DNA of 60,455 bases, filler included. It is 5 parts of 5 records of this genome, joined end to end, with 100 filler letters (N's around TTAATTAATTAA, not from the genome) between each part and the next. Parts side by side here need not be neighbours in the genome. Positions count along the whole stretch, not along the records: positions 14,408 to 40,459 come from SRR2962707_3323; positions 40,560 to 49,856 come from SRR2962707_3334; positions 49,957 to 60,455 come from SRR2962707_3340; 2 more parts are not named here. One strand, written 5' to 3'. The translations under genes were made by a program, and so were the position numbers. This document shows positions 40,256 through 50,222 of this stretch, in pieces. Under the pieces are notes generated by a model. It ran no database searches. It was not told the DNA's origin and worked only from the letters and a program-made list of their open reading frames with translations. How positions within the stretch are numbered: position 1 is the first letter of the stretch; each line of letters begins with the position of its first letter.

Positions 40256-40350
40256 TTCAAAGCCTGTTTTGAGTTTGCTGAAGGATTTCTGCACCGTAAT
40301 AAACTAAACTCCATTGGTTTGAATACTTCTTGGGCTTGATTCGAGATAAC
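40256..40350 (+). repeat. Degenerate composite repeat with nested REP-like unit
   Basis: AGCCTGTTTTGAGTTTGCTGAAGG ... AATACTTCTTGGGCTTGATTCGAGATA. Confidence 0.5.
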
Positions 40351-40459
40351 TATTTTTTGAAAATAAAATGATTTATTGAATTGTAATTTAACGTGAGTTC
40401 TATATAAGAAAACTAACTTATTTAAATAATTTTTAAATCAGTCTTGACTTTTTTGTTTC

Positions 40460-40559
40460 NNNNNNNNNNNNNNNNNNNNNNNNNNNNNNNNNNNNNNNNN
40501 NNNTTAATTAATTAANNNNNNNNNNNNNNNNNNNNNNNNNNNNNNNNNNNNNNNNNNNN
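40460..40559. other. Artificial contig linker
   Basis: Same 100-nt spacer. Confidence 0.98.
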
Positions 40560-43241
40560 ATGGCAGAATACAGATTAAGTCAAGTAGCAAGAAAGCTAAA
40601 CGTAGGTAAGAATACAATCCTGGAATTCTTAAAAGAGAAGGGCTATGAGGTAGACTCAAACCCGAACTCTAAAATTGCACAGGAGCAGTATGACATGCTT
40701 GCCAGAGCGTTTGCAGATTCAGCGCATGACAAAGAAGAGGCATCTGAATTAACCATTGGAGGTAAAACCGACAATATGGTTATTGACGCGGAAAAGGGGT
40801 CATCTGATGAAAAGAGTGAGGATGAGAGAATTCTCATTAAAGACAATGTTGGATCAGAACCTGAGCCCGAAAAAATTTCTGCCAGAACCAAACTAGATGG
40901 GCCAAAGGTTGTGGGTAAGATAGACCTTGACAAGAAGAAAAAGGAAGAGACAAAAGAAGAGAAGCCTGCCAAAGAAGAAGCAAAAAAAGAAACAGAAGAG
41001 AAGCAGGAGAAGAAGGAAGAGAAAAAGCCTGAGGCTAAAGAGGATAAAACTGAGTCTAAACCTGCTGAAAAGGAAGAAACTAAGAAGGAAGAAAAGGAAG
41101 AGGAAAAAGACAAAGGAGTTATAAAAGCCAAGGCCGACTCTCTAAGGGGACTAAAGGTTTTGGATAAAATCGAACTACCAAAAGATAAGCCGAAACCTGT
41201 AGCTTCTTCTGACTCCAATCAAGACCGCAAAAAACGTCCCAGAAAACGAATACAGTCAGGTGGAGGGCCGCAAAGAGGTGGTGGTCGAGGCGATCGTGGA
41301 AGGACACAATCAGGAAGAAAAACCGAAGAACTTTCCGATAAGGAAATTCAGGATAAAATCAAAGCAACCCTTGCCAAGCTAAGCGGGGGAGGCGGTAAAG
41401 GTGGATCTCAACGATCTAAATACCGAAAGGATAAACGATCTGCCAGAGCTGAGGAAGAGGAAGAAAGACTGCAGCAGGCAGAAGAAGCTTCAAAAACACT
41501 AAAAGTGACGGAGTATATCTCCGCAAATGATCTGGCATCTTTAATGGATGTTTCTGCAAATGATGTCATTTCGGCTTGCATGTCGCTAGGCATGTTTGTT
41601 TCGATCAACCAGCGATTGGATGCTGAGACCATCACAGTTATTGCAGATGAATTTGGTTTTGATGTTGACTTCACAGAAGCCAAGGAGGAGACAGACATTA
41701 TTGAGGAGCAGGATGATGAAAGCACATTAGTAGATCGTGCACCCATTGTGACTATTATGGGTCACGTAGATCATGGTAAAACATCTCTCCTTGATTTCAT
41801 TCGCGAATCAAAAGTAACAGAAGGCGAAGCTGGAGGTATTACCCAGCACATTGGTGCTTATGATGTGATGACCAATAGTGGTAAACGTGTAGCTTTCCTT
41901 GATACACCCGGTCACGAAGCTTTTACAGCGATGCGTGCCAGAGGGGCGAAGATCACGGATGTTGCCATTATTGTGGTAGCTGCAGATGATTCAGTGATGC
42001 CTCAGACAAAAGAGGCTATCAATCACGCTCAGGTTGCCGGGGTGCCAATTGTTATAGCGATCAACAAGATAGATAAGCCAAACGCCAACCCTGATAAAAT
42101 CAAGGAAGACCTTTCTAACATCAATATTCTGGTGGAAGACTGGGGTGGTAAATATCAGTGCCAACATGTTTCCGCAAAGACAGGCGAAGGAATAGACGAA
42201 CTGCTCGATAAGGTGTTGCTAGAAGCAGAGCTTTTAGAGCTCAAAGCCAATCCGGACAAACCGGCTGTTGGTTCGGTAGTAGAGGCATCATTAGATAAAG
42301 GTCGAGGATATGTTTCTACAATTATGGTACAAGCAGGTACTTTGAGAGTGGGAGATGTTGTATTGGCTGGACCATATTTTGGTAAGGTGAAGGCGATGTT
42401 TGACCACAGAGGACAGAAACTCCAGGAAGCCGGACCATCCACACCAGTGTTGATGCTAGGTCTTGATGGGGCACCACAGGCTGGTGATAAGTTCAATGTC
42501 ATGGAGAGTGATAGAGAAGCTCGTGAGGTGGCTAACAAACGCGAGCAGATCTTAAGAGAGCAATCCATCCGAACCAAGAAGCACATTACGCTTGACGAAA
42601 TTGGCAGAAGGCTAGCAATAGGAAGTTTCAAAGAGCTTAATGTAATTGTAAAAGGAGATGTGGATGGTTCAATAGAAGCATTGGCGGATTCTTTACTTAA
42701 GCTGTCAACTGAAGAAGTTCAGGTAAACATCCTGCATAAAGCGGTGGGTCAGATTTCTGAGTCAGATGTATTACTTGCTTCGGCATCAGATGCTGTAATT
42801 GTTGGATTCCAGGTACGTCCTTCGAGTGGCGCAAGGAGACTTGCTGAAATCGAAGAGATTGAAATCAGACTTTACTCAATCATCTACGATGCAATCAATG
42901 ATGTGAAAGATGCCATGGAAGGTATGCTTGAACCTACCAGTGAGGAAGTAATCACCGGTAACATCGAAGTAAGAGATGTATTTAAGATTTCGAAAGTAGG
43001 TACGGTAGCGGGATGCTACGTTACAGACGGAATTGTGAAGCGATCCAATCAGGTTCGATTGATTCGAGATGGTATCGTGGTTTATACTGGTGAGATCAAT
43101 CAGTTGAAACGCTTCAAAGAAGACGTTTCTGAGGTGAAAAGTGGTTACGAATGTGGCCTCAGCATCAAAAACTTTAATGATATTAAGGTTGGGGATGTGA
43201 TCGAAGGTTTTGAGGTGAAAGAAGTAAAACGAACACTTTAA
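40560..43241 (+). CDS. infB: Translation initiation factor IF-2
   Basis: '[13 protein letters not shown]', '[10 protein letters not shown]', 'DTPGHEAF', 'NKID', 'KGDVDGS'. Charged N-terminal domain. Confidence 0.98.
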   Translation: MAEYRLSQVARKLNVGKNTILEFLKEKGYEVDSNPNSKIAQEQYDMLARAFADSAHDKEEASELTIGGKTDNMVIDAEKGSSDEKSEDERILIKDNVGSEPEPEKISARTKLDGPKVVGKIDLDKKKKEETKEEKPAKEEAKKETEEKQEKKEEKKPEAKEDKTESKPAEKEETKKEEKEEEKDKGVIKAKADSLRGLKVLDKIELPKDKPKPVASSDSNQDRKKRPRKRIQSGGGPQRGGGRGDRGRTQSGRKTEELSDKEIQDKIKATLAKLSGGGGKGGSQRSKYRKDKRSARAEEEEERLQQAEEASKTLKVTEYISANDLASLMDVSANDVISACMSLGMFVSINQRLDAETITVIADEFGFDVDFTEAKEETDIIEEQDDESTLVDRAPIVTIMGHVDHGKTSLLDFIRESKVTEGEAGGITQHIGAYDVMTNSGKRVAFLDTPGHEAFTAMRARGAKITDVAIIVVAADDSVMPQTKEAINHAQVAGVPIVIAINKIDKPNANPDKIKEDLSNINILVEDWGGKYQCQHVSAKTGEGIDELLDKVLLEAELLELKANPDKPAVGSVVEASLDKGRGYVSTIMVQAGTLRVGDVVLAGPYFGKVKAMFDHRGQKLQEAGPSTPVLMLGLDGAPQAGDKFNVMESDREAREVANKREQILREQSIRTKKHITLDEIGRRLAIGSFKELNVIVKGDVDGSIEALADSLLKLSTEEVQVNILHKAVGQISESDVLLASASDAVIVGFQVRPSSGARRLAEIEEIEIRLYSIIYDAINDVKDAMEGMLEPTSEEVITGNIEVRDVFKISKVGTVAGCYVTDGIVKRSNQVRLIRDGIVVYTGEINQLKRFKEDVSEVKSGYECGLSIKNFNDIKVGDVIEGFEVKEVKRTL

Positions 43242-43260
43242 TTCGGTGTTTGGAAGACAT

Positions 43261-43291
43261 AAAAAGCCTGTCTTTGGGGATGGGCTTTTTT
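43261..43291 (+). terminator. Rho-independent terminator after infB
   Basis: AAAAAGCCTGTCT...GGATGGGCTTTTTT. Confidence 0.75.
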
Positions 43292-43398
43292 ATATATTAA
43301 ATCTGCCATATTAAATCTCAAAATACTTCAAAGTTGAAAGTTAAGTTTTGCAAAAAACATAACCTTCCGTCTTTTATTTCGTTATTTTGTTGTTTAAG

Positions 43399-43767
43399 AT
43401 GAAGATATTGAAAAATAATAGATACGTATTTTCAGCATTTCTTCTGATTTTCATAGTTAACGTAGGCCTTGCCACTAATGGCCAGGAACATAAAACCTCA
43501 AATCAGGAGCAACAAGAGGGCAGGAGAAAGTCAGACCAGACGATGATCCACCCGGACGGTAACTACAATTCACCTGGTCAGGGACAACAAGAATTCCAAC
43601 AACAGGAAAGCGAGCCTCAGCAGGAGCGAGCTTCAAGCTCAGTTTCCGAACCACGAGAAAGGGCTCTGATAAAATCGGACTCATTGGAAGATGACTCAGT
43701 GAGTAAGTACAACTTCATCTTCTATTTCCTTTATAAATTCAAATACGAATCTGAGGAGTCCCCTTAA
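43399..43767 (+). CDS. Small exported Q/E/S-rich protein with aromatic C-terminal motif (ORF track starts at TTG 43387)
   Basis: Signal-peptide-like N-terminus, disordered body, 'SVSKYNFIFYFLYKFKY'. Confidence 0.7.
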   Translation: MKILKNNRYVFSAFLLIFIVNVGLATNGQEHKTSNQEQQEGRRKSDQTMIHPDGNYNSPGQGQQEFQQQESEPQQERASSSVSEPRERALIKSDSLEDDSVSKYNFIFYFLYKFKYESEESP

Positions 43768-44492
43768 GCAACTACTGATTGATAGTTGTCAATGTCATCC
43801 AAGGAAATATTTCCTTCGTAAAAAGCTTTTCCAAAAATTACACCGTAGAGGCCGATATCTCTTAGTTTTTTGATATCGTCCATTCCTCGCACTCCTCCAC
43901 TTGCAAAAACACAGAGATCCGGAAACTCTTTCAATAGTTTTTTGTAGAGCTCAAAGGAGGGCCCTTCCATTGCACCGTCTTTTGAAATATCGGTGGTTTT
44001 CAGATACTTTAATCCTCGATCATAAAAATAAGCGATATGATCAAAGAGATCTTTGGAGGTGGCTTTTTGCCATCCACGGATTCTGATCTTTCCTTTCAGA
44101 CTATCTGCAGCGAGAGCTATTTTTTCCCGTCCATAAGACATTAGCCAATTGGAGAACTGTTCTTTATTTGAAACTGCTACAGAAGCAGCTGTGATACTTT
44201 CAGCCCCATATTCAAAGGATTTAATCACATCTCCATCTGTATGAATTCCGCCTGTAAAATTTACTTTCAAATCTGTGTAAGCAGCTACCATGTGGAGTAT
44301 ATCGTAATTGACTGAAGTACCTCTCCTTGCTCCGTCCAGATCTATGAGATGAATTCGGGAGATACCATGGTCCTCGAACTGCTTGGCCACATCTATAGGT
44401 GTGTTATCATAAACTTTTTCACTGGAGTAGTCTCCTTGTTTGAGGCGAATGGTTCTGCCTTCAATAACTGATATTGATGGTACTAATAACAC
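43764..44492 (-). CDS. hisA: HisA-family (beta/alpha)8 protein, stand-alone paralog with the N-terminal catalytic Asp replaced by Ser
   Basis: 'IRLKQGDY', 'IHLIDLDGA', 'TTDISKDG', 'ASGGV', 'GKAFYEG'. Has 'PSIS' in place of 'PAID'. Confidence 0.8.
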   Translation of the reverse strand: MLLVPSISVIEGRTIRLKQGDYSSEKVYDNTPIDVAKQFEDHGISRIHLIDLDGARRGTSVNYDILHMVAAYTDLKVNFTGGIHTDGDVIKSFEYGAESITAASVAVSNKEQFSNWLMSYGREKIALAADSLKGKIRIRGWQKATSKDLFDHIAYFYDRGLKYLKTTDISKDGAMEGPSFELYKKLLKEFPDLCVFASGGVRGMDDIKKLRDIGLYGVIFGKAFYEGNISLDDIDNYQSVVA

Positions 44493-44557
44493 AATAAATA
44501 AGATTGATTCCTTTTAGGATGCTCTTTTAAAGATACTACATTCTGATTAGAATCGGG

Positions 44558-45250
44558 TTAGTTAACTTCAACTAATTTGAAACCTTCACCATGAATTGTC
44601 AATATCTTAAGACGGGGTTCATCTTGGAGGTATTTTCGAATTTTCGCAATATATACGTCCATGCTTCTCGCATTGAAGTAGCTATCATCTTTCCAGATTT
44701 TTTTCAAAGCAGAACTTCGATCCACCGTTTTGTTCACATTTTCAAAGAAAACCTTTAGTAGCTCATTTTCCTTTGTTGTGAGGTTAATCTCCCTTTTTGG
44801 TGTAATGAGGCGATTCTCTTGATAATAATATGTAAGACCTGCGATTTCAAAAGGATTGGGGAATGGTTCCTCTTCCTCTTTTTTTGTAGACCTCTTCAGA
44901 ATGGCCTGAATACGCATCAAAAGCTCCTCCATGCTGAAGGGCTTGGTCATATAGTCATCAGCACCAATTGTGAATCCTTTGATGATATCCTGTTTCATTG
45001 ATTTAGCCGTAAGGAATATGATCGGGGTGTCTTCATCTGAGGCTCGTATCTCCTTAGCCAACGTAAACCCATCTTTTTTTGGCATCATTAAATCCAGAAT
45101 GCAAAGGTCAAAATCACTTTCTTTGAAAGCATTGCCCCCTTCTTCTCCATCACGCTTTAGTGTTGTGTCATAGCCTTTCAGCCCGAGGTACTCACTTAAT
45201 ATTTCACCCAGATTGGGGTCATCTTCTACAATTAATAATTTAGGCTTCAT
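44558..45250 (-). CDS. OmpR-family response regulator (RprY-like)
   Basis: 'VEDD', 'DLMMPKKDG', 'FLTAK', 'GADDYMTKPF', wHTH 'RSMDVYIAKIRK'. Confidence 0.95.
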   Translation of the reverse strand: MKPKLLIVEDDPNLGEILSEYLGLKGYDTTLKRDGEEGGNAFKESDFDLCILDLMMPKKDGFTLAKEIRASDEDTPIIFLTAKSMKQDIIKGFTIGADDYMTKPFSMEELLMRIQAILKRSTKKEEEEPFPNPFEIAGLTYYYQENRLITPKREINLTTKENELLKVFFENVNKTVDRSSALKKIWKDDSYFNARSMDVYIAKIRKYLQDEPRLKILTIHGEGFKLVEVN

Positions 45251-46853
45251 CAGCTAATGGTAATATGATTGAAAATTTACTTCCTTTTCCTGGCTCGCTA
45301 TCCACGTGAATACTACCCCCATGAGCTTCTACTATCCGCTGGACATAGGCCAGACCAAGTCCAAAGCCTTTCACATTGTGAAGATCACCTGTAGGCACTC
45401 GATAGAACTTCTCGAAAATATGCTTTTGTTGTTCACGAGTCATCCCAATGCCCTTGTCATGAATGGAGAGAATAAAATCCTCTTCATCCGATGCGGTTCT
45501 TAATGTAATATTTGGAGAGTCTGGAGAGTATTTATTTGCGTTATCCAGTAAGTTGAGAATGATATTGGTCAGGTGAAGTTCATCTCCCTGAACTATATCT
45601 TTTTCTGCTTTTTCAATGAGGTTGAGTCGCCCACCCCGTTGCTCTACTTGCATAGCGATGTGTTCTGCTGCACTTTTCACCATGTCACTCATCCGCAACA
45701 TTTCTTGCTTCAGGTTATAATCTTTTCTATCAATAGCAGCAATCTGTAAAACCTTTTCTACCTGATTGCCTAACCGCTTATTTTCCTCACCAATGACTTT
45801 GATGTATTTCGTTCGTAGTGCGCTTTGTTCAATGTCTTTATCGTTTAATGCCTCAACAGCCAGAGCAACCGTAGAAATAGGTGTTTTCAGCTCATGTGTC
45901 ATGTTGTTGATGAAATCATTCTTCATTTCGGAGAGCTTCTTCTGTCTCACGATGGTTCGAATGCTGTAGCCAAAGCAGAATAGAATGACTAAAACCAAAA
46001 AACCTGAGCTCACCATAGCTGACCAGGCTTTGCTCATCAGATAGCCCTGCTTACCGGGGAAGTTGATTGTGAGCATGCTGTCATTGCCAAATATGTCATT
46101 GGGAAATAATGCTGCTCGTAGTTCACTTTGCGCTAACTCATTTTTTTGAGCACCATTGGTCAGAAGAAGGAATCGATTCTGCTGGGGATGGATCACCCCA
46201 TAATCATACTCAATATCAATGCCCTTATTGCTCAATTCGTTTTTTAATAGCGAATCAAGTTGCTGTGGATTAAAACGAGAAGCGATGGAGCGATTGGGGC
46301 CCATCAGGTCACGAACCACATCGAAAGTGAGCTCATATTTCCTGGAAACCCTTGCCAGCTTATTTTCGAGCTGTTGGATCTTCACATCCCGCTCTTCCAG
46401 CATTTGCTCCATGGTTGAACCGGGTGGCGGAGGAGCATTTTCAAAAAAGAAGCGATCAGCAACACTTGAAAAATTCACCACGAACTCAAAGCCACCTTCA
46501 TTGATAGTGTCTGCGAAATAGAAAACCTGTTGATTTCCCTGCTCAATAATTTCAACGTTCCCACCCCTCTTTTCATTTTTCAGATTTTCATCCTTTTCCA
46601 TCTTTTGCAGATGTATGTTTTCTCGCTGTTCATAAAGTGGTGAGTTCACATAATTCAGCTTTTGCAGAGCTGCAAAAGTCTCTTGCCTTTCCAGTTTATT
46701 AGCCACCGTGCTGAGTGCATCTAATACATCTTTTCGAAAGCGCTCCTCATTAGCCGAAACCAATGAATCGATCCAATATAGCTGAAAAGCAATCAGGCCC
46801 ATCATTGCCATGCCCATCAGGCCAATTATCCATCTCAATGTCTTTCGCTGCAT
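45240..46853 (-). CDS. Sensor histidine kinase (RprX-like)
   Basis: Two TM helices, 'FINNMTHELKTP', 'NLLDNANKY', 'DKGIG', 'GFGLGL'. Confidence 0.95.
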   Translation of the reverse strand: MQRKTLRWIIGLMGMAMMGLIAFQLYWIDSLVSANEERFRKDVLDALSTVANKLERQETFAALQKLNYVNSPLYEQRENIHLQKMEKDENLKNEKRGGNVEIIEQGNQQVFYFADTINEGGFEFVVNFSSVADRFFFENAPPPPGSTMEQMLEERDVKIQQLENKLARVSRKYELTFDVVRDLMGPNRSIASRFNPQQLDSLLKNELSNKGIDIEYDYGVIHPQQNRFLLLTNGAQKNELAQSELRAALFPNDIFGNDSMLTINFPGKQGYLMSKAWSAMVSSGFLVLVILFCFGYSIRTIVRQKKLSEMKNDFINNMTHELKTPISTVALAVEALNDKDIEQSALRTKYIKVIGEENKRLGNQVEKVLQIAAIDRKDYNLKQEMLRMSDMVKSAAEHIAMQVEQRGGRLNLIEKAEKDIVQGDELHLTNIILNLLDNANKYSPDSPNITLRTASDEEDFILSIHDKGIGMTREQQKHIFEKFYRVPTGDLHNVKGFGLGLAYVQRIVEAHGGSIHVDSEPGKGSKFSIILPLADEA

Positions 46854-46890
46854 ACCTCAAAAATACGACTAAGGAATAAGCGTAGTTCCT

Positions 46891-46930
46891 GTTTAACCAT
46901 TTTTAACAACGATTAACGACTGATTAACAA
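46891..46930 (+). promoter_or_regulatory. Four TTAAC direct repeats at 10/10/11-bp spacing (candidate OmpR-type binding site) in a divergent promoter
   Basis: TTAAC at 46893, 46903, 46913 and 46924. Confidence 0.65.
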
Positions 46931-46990
46931 TGAGATAGAGTCCCTCTACGTACTTTCGATTAGGGAATTGGATAAAAAACAAAACTCAAA

Positions 46991-47833
46991 ATGAATATGA
47001 AAATCAAGTTAAAAATTCTGACTTTGATGGTGTCACTTTTTGCATGTGGTGCCAGCCTCGCACAGTCTGGTGACGAGGGAAAAATCGTTGTGGAAATTAC
47101 CAAAGAAGTGAATGGTGAAAAGAAAACATTCAAGGGCGAGTACAATAGCACAGAAGAGATGCGGGCAGACCCTAACTATCAGGAATTTGCCGGTAATGAA
47201 GGTGGTTTTAACATCTGGTTTGATGACGACATGGACGAAGGTGTATTTTTTAACCTCGATCAATTGAAAAGCCAGAATCAGGCGTTCTTCAAATATTTTG
47301 ATGGGGATGAAGAAGATGCTGGACAGGGCTTCTTTTTTAAGCATTTTGATGATGATTCAGTTGATGGCTTTTTTAATTTCCACCTTGACAATATGGACAT
47401 GGATGAGTTCAAAGAACGAATGAAGAGGTTAGGTGAGGAAATGGAGATGATGATGGAAAGTGTTCATGAAGATGGTAACGGTCAGGTGAAAGTATTTGCC
47501 CTGAAACGGGTGAAAGTCTCTGATGTAAATGATGAATTTGGCAAAAAAGGGAAGGTAGATGATAATTATAAGCTGGAGCTGGAGGATTTGAATTTCTACC
47601 CCAATCCATCTGCTAATGGGCGGTTTAAGGTACGGTTTAACGTACCGCAAGAAGGTGAACTAAGTATCAAGGTTTCCAATCTTGAAGGAAAAGAAGTTTT
47701 TAGCAGGTATTTTGAAAGGTTTGGCGGGCTGTATTCAGAAATGATTGATCTTTCCGGGCAAAATGATGGAATCTACCTGTTGGAAATAAGCCAGGGTAAA
47801 AAACGACTTACAAAGAAAATTGTGATCAACTAA
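46991..47833 (+). CDS. Secreted protein with T9SS type A C-terminal sorting domain
   Basis: Signal peptide. CTD 'FYPNPS...SNLEGKEV...IDLS...GIYLLEI...TKKIVIN'. Confidence 0.9.
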   Translation: MNMKIKLKILTLMVSLFACGASLAQSGDEGKIVVEITKEVNGEKKTFKGEYNSTEEMRADPNYQEFAGNEGGFNIWFDDDMDEGVFFNLDQLKSQNQAFFKYFDGDEEDAGQGFFFKHFDDDSVDGFFNFHLDNMDMDEFKERMKRLGEEMEMMMESVHEDGNGQVKVFALKRVKVSDVNDEFGKKGKVDDNYKLELEDLNFYPNPSANGRFKVRFNVPQEGELSIKVSNLEGKEVFSRYFERFGGLYSEMIDLSGQNDGIYLLEISQGKKRLTKKIVIN

Positions 47834-47850
47834 GTATGGTTTTGGTTTAT

Positions 47851-47884
47851 AAAGCAGCCGATTGATCATCAATCGGCTTTTTTT
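47851..47884. terminator. Terminator hairpin between convergent genes
   Basis: AGCCGATTGA-TCA-TCAATCGGCT followed by a T-run. Confidence 0.8.
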
Positions 47885-48563
47885 ACTTGACTTTAAGGCT
47901 GAAACCTACCCCATGATGATTTCGGATTTCAAGGGAAGGGTCTGTTTTTAAATATTTACGTAATCGTGTGATGAATACATCTAAGCTTCTGCCTTTGAAA
48001 TAATCGTTCTCACCCCAGACCTCTTCCAAAATCTCCTCTCTTTTCACTAATTCGTTTTGGTTGTGAATCAGTAGCTTCAGTATCCCACCCTCCATTTGAG
48101 TGAGTGAATGGGAGCTATCACCACAGCTATAAATAAGGTTCCTTTCGTCATAGCTGGATTGCCCAAACTTCGCAGCATGAATGCTTTTAGGGGGTTGTGG
48201 CTGATTCCGACGAATGAAAACATTGATACGATATTCCAGCTCCTTCATGGAAAAGGGTTTAGTTACATAATCATCTCCACCAACCTCAAACCCTCCAAGT
48301 CGATCTTCTTCCTGTGATTTGGCAGTAAGAAAAATGATGGGAATAAAATCATCCTTAGATCGAATAGAGGAGGCGAGCTCAAATCCATCCATTTTTGGCA
48401 TCATCACATCCAGAATGCAGAGCTCAAAATCATCCTTTTCAAACTGTGAGAATGCCGCTGCTCCATCAATACACCATTTTACCTCATGACCCGCTTCTCT
48501 GAGATTATCTTCAATCATAAAGCCCAGACTTTCGTCATCTTCTGCAAGTAGAATTTTAGCCAT
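47883..48563 (-). CDS. OmpR-family response regulator (second RprY-like). Start is ATG 48563; the ORF track over-extends it.
   Basis: 'MAKILLAEDD', 'DVMMPKMDG', 'FLTAK', 'RSLDVFITRLRK'. Overlaps the kinase stop. Confidence 0.93.
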   Translation of the reverse strand: MAKILLAEDDESLGFMIEDNLREAGHEVKWCIDGAAAFSQFEKDDFELCILDVMMPKMDGFELASSIRSKDDFIPIIFLTAKSQEEDRLGGFEVGGDDYVTKPFSMKELEYRINVFIRRNQPQPPKSIHAAKFGQSSYDERNLIYSCGDSSHSLTQMEGGILKLLIHNQNELVKREEILEEVWGENDYFKGRSLDVFITRLRKYLKTDPSLEIRNHHGVGFSLKVK

Positions 48564-49791
48564 TAGGTAAAACGATTTTGAATGTGCTTCCTTTTCCGAT
48601 CTCAGACTGAAGAGAAATTTTTCCACTAAGTTTTTTAACCAGGGAAGAGACAATATGAAGTCCCAAACCAAATCCTTTTTGATTATGCTGGTGGTTGCTC
48701 TCAGGCACTCTGTAGAATTTTTGAAATATCTTTTTCTGATGTTTAGGCGAAATCCCTAAACCATCATCCGTTATGACAATTTCAGTAACCCTGGGACCTT
48801 GCTTAATACTCACATGCACGTTTCTGGCACCATATTTCACTGCATTATCCAGGAGGTTTCGAACCGCATTATCTAGCAGTTTCACATTAGAGTTTATTTT
48901 TTTTGGGCTGGAAATATCAAGCTTCCATCCGATCATTTTTGAAGCGTACTGTTCTTTGACCTCACTAATCAACTCATCAAAAAATTGATTCAAGTCCACC
49001 CATTCTTTTTCAACTTTTATGCTGGATTCCAGTAAGGCAGAATTCAATATGTCTTCTACATTCTTTTGTAGTCTACTTATTTCTTTTTGAATAATGCTCA
49101 CATATTTCACCTCTTTCTCCCCCGATCTTTCACTAAGTGTGCTTGATGCGAGTGACAAAGTAGCGAGGGGAGTCTTAAGTTCATGGCTAACATTATTGAT
49201 AAAGTCTTTTTGGATTTCACTGAGTCGCTTTTGACGGAGGATCACAAATAAGGCATAACCAAAAAAGATAATGACAACAAGAGAAATGGCTGTGGTAAAC
49301 TTCCAGAGATCAAATCCGGCAAAAAGGTCTTTCGATTTATCTGGGAAATACACTCCAAAATAATACTCGTCGTTCTTCAAAACCGGAATAGGCTCATGAT
49401 CACCGGCGTATTCCAAGTTCACATTTTCAGCATACACCATTTGATCGTTTGCGCAATCATAAACGCCATATTCAAAGTCCTGGGTAATGGCCCTTTTTTT
49501 TATTTCAGCGGAGATCAGATATTCCAGATTTTTTAAGTCTATGCGGTCATTGGTGCGGACAATGAAATAATTACCCGAAATCTGTTCAATGGGATTTACA
49601 GAGGGAAAATCTTTTCCGTTTGCTTCACAGAGTGACTCTACAACATTCCGAAGGGCAACCTGCACATTGTGATTGAAGACCTGATCTTGCTGAGCGATGG
49701 CCCTATTGAGCCAAAAGACCTGGGTCCCGATAATACCTACCAGCGAAAGAATGGCAAGAACGACTAGTACGCGTATGTGAGCATTCTTCAT
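48556..49791 (-). CDS. Sensor histidine kinase (second RprX-like)
   Basis: 'FINNVSHELKTP', 'NLLDNAVKY', 'DDGLG', 'GFGLGL', two TM helices. Confidence 0.95.
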   Translation of the reverse strand: MKNAHIRVLVVLAILSLVGIIGTQVFWLNRAIAQQDQVFNHNVQVALRNVVESLCEANGKDFPSVNPIEQISGNYFIVRTNDRIDLKNLEYLISAEIKKRAITQDFEYGVYDCANDQMVYAENVNLEYAGDHEPIPVLKNDEYYFGVYFPDKSKDLFAGFDLWKFTTAISLVVIIFFGYALFVILRQKRLSEIQKDFINNVSHELKTPLATLSLASSTLSERSGEKEVKYVSIIQKEISRLQKNVEDILNSALLESSIKVEKEWVDLNQFFDELISEVKEQYASKMIGWKLDISSPKKINSNVKLLDNAVRNLLDNAVKYGARNVHVSIKQGPRVTEIVITDDGLGISPKHQKKIFQKFYRVPESNHQHNQKGFGLGLHIVSSLVKKLSGKISLQSEIGKGSTFKIVLPNG

Positions 49792-49829
49792 ACAGCCAAA
49801 AGTACACGGAAAGAAAGTGAAAAAACGGG

Positions 49830-49856
49830 GTTTAACAACTCATTAACAATCATTAG
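49830..49856 (+). promoter_or_regulatory. TTAAC direct repeats upstream of the second kinase (cut by contig end)
   Basis: TTAAC at 49832 and 49843, TTA at 49853. Confidence 0.5.
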
Positions 49857-49956
49857 NNNNNNNNNNNNNNNNNNNNNNNNNNNNNNNNNNNNNNNNNNNN
49901 TTAATTAATTAANNNNNNNNNNNNNNNNNNNNNNNNNNNNNNNNNNNNNNNNNNNN
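49857..49956. other. Artificial contig linker
   Basis: Same 100-nt spacer. Confidence 0.98.
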
Positions 49957-50222
49957 TCCTTTTCATTGGCATCAAAGAAAACGGCGCTGCGTTTTTTACG
50001 CCCAAGCGTTGCCCCGTAGACCCGACCATTCCGGTCAAGTTCTTTTGGAAGGTAGATCGATATTTCCGGTATTTTGCCGATGGCCTGGAGAACGGCTGCC
50101 TCGCGTTCTTCTACCGTCTCCGCCCGGGCACCCAAACCGGGCCCGGTTAAAAACGGCAAAAAGACAACCAACACAATCGTCAGACGCGACAGTAAACCCA
50201 CAGCCCAGCAACCCCGGCACAC
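49957..50222 (-). CDS. Putative exported protein, 3'-truncated by contig end; start ambiguous
   Basis: Hydrophobic 'LTIVLVVFLPFL' and an 'ARA|ET' cleavage site. Frame is open to the contig edge. Confidence 0.5.

Noticed and set aside
40930-41120. K/E-rich repeat region and overlapping ORFs
   Set aside because: Typical variable charged N-terminal region of IF-2.
6763-49956. Apparent mosaic of alphaproteobacterial, eukaryotic and Bacteroidetes genes (horizontal transfer or endosymbiont insertion)
   Set aside because: Every switch coincides with an identical artificial N44-TTAATTAATTAA-N44 linker, so adjacency across linkers has no biological meaning.
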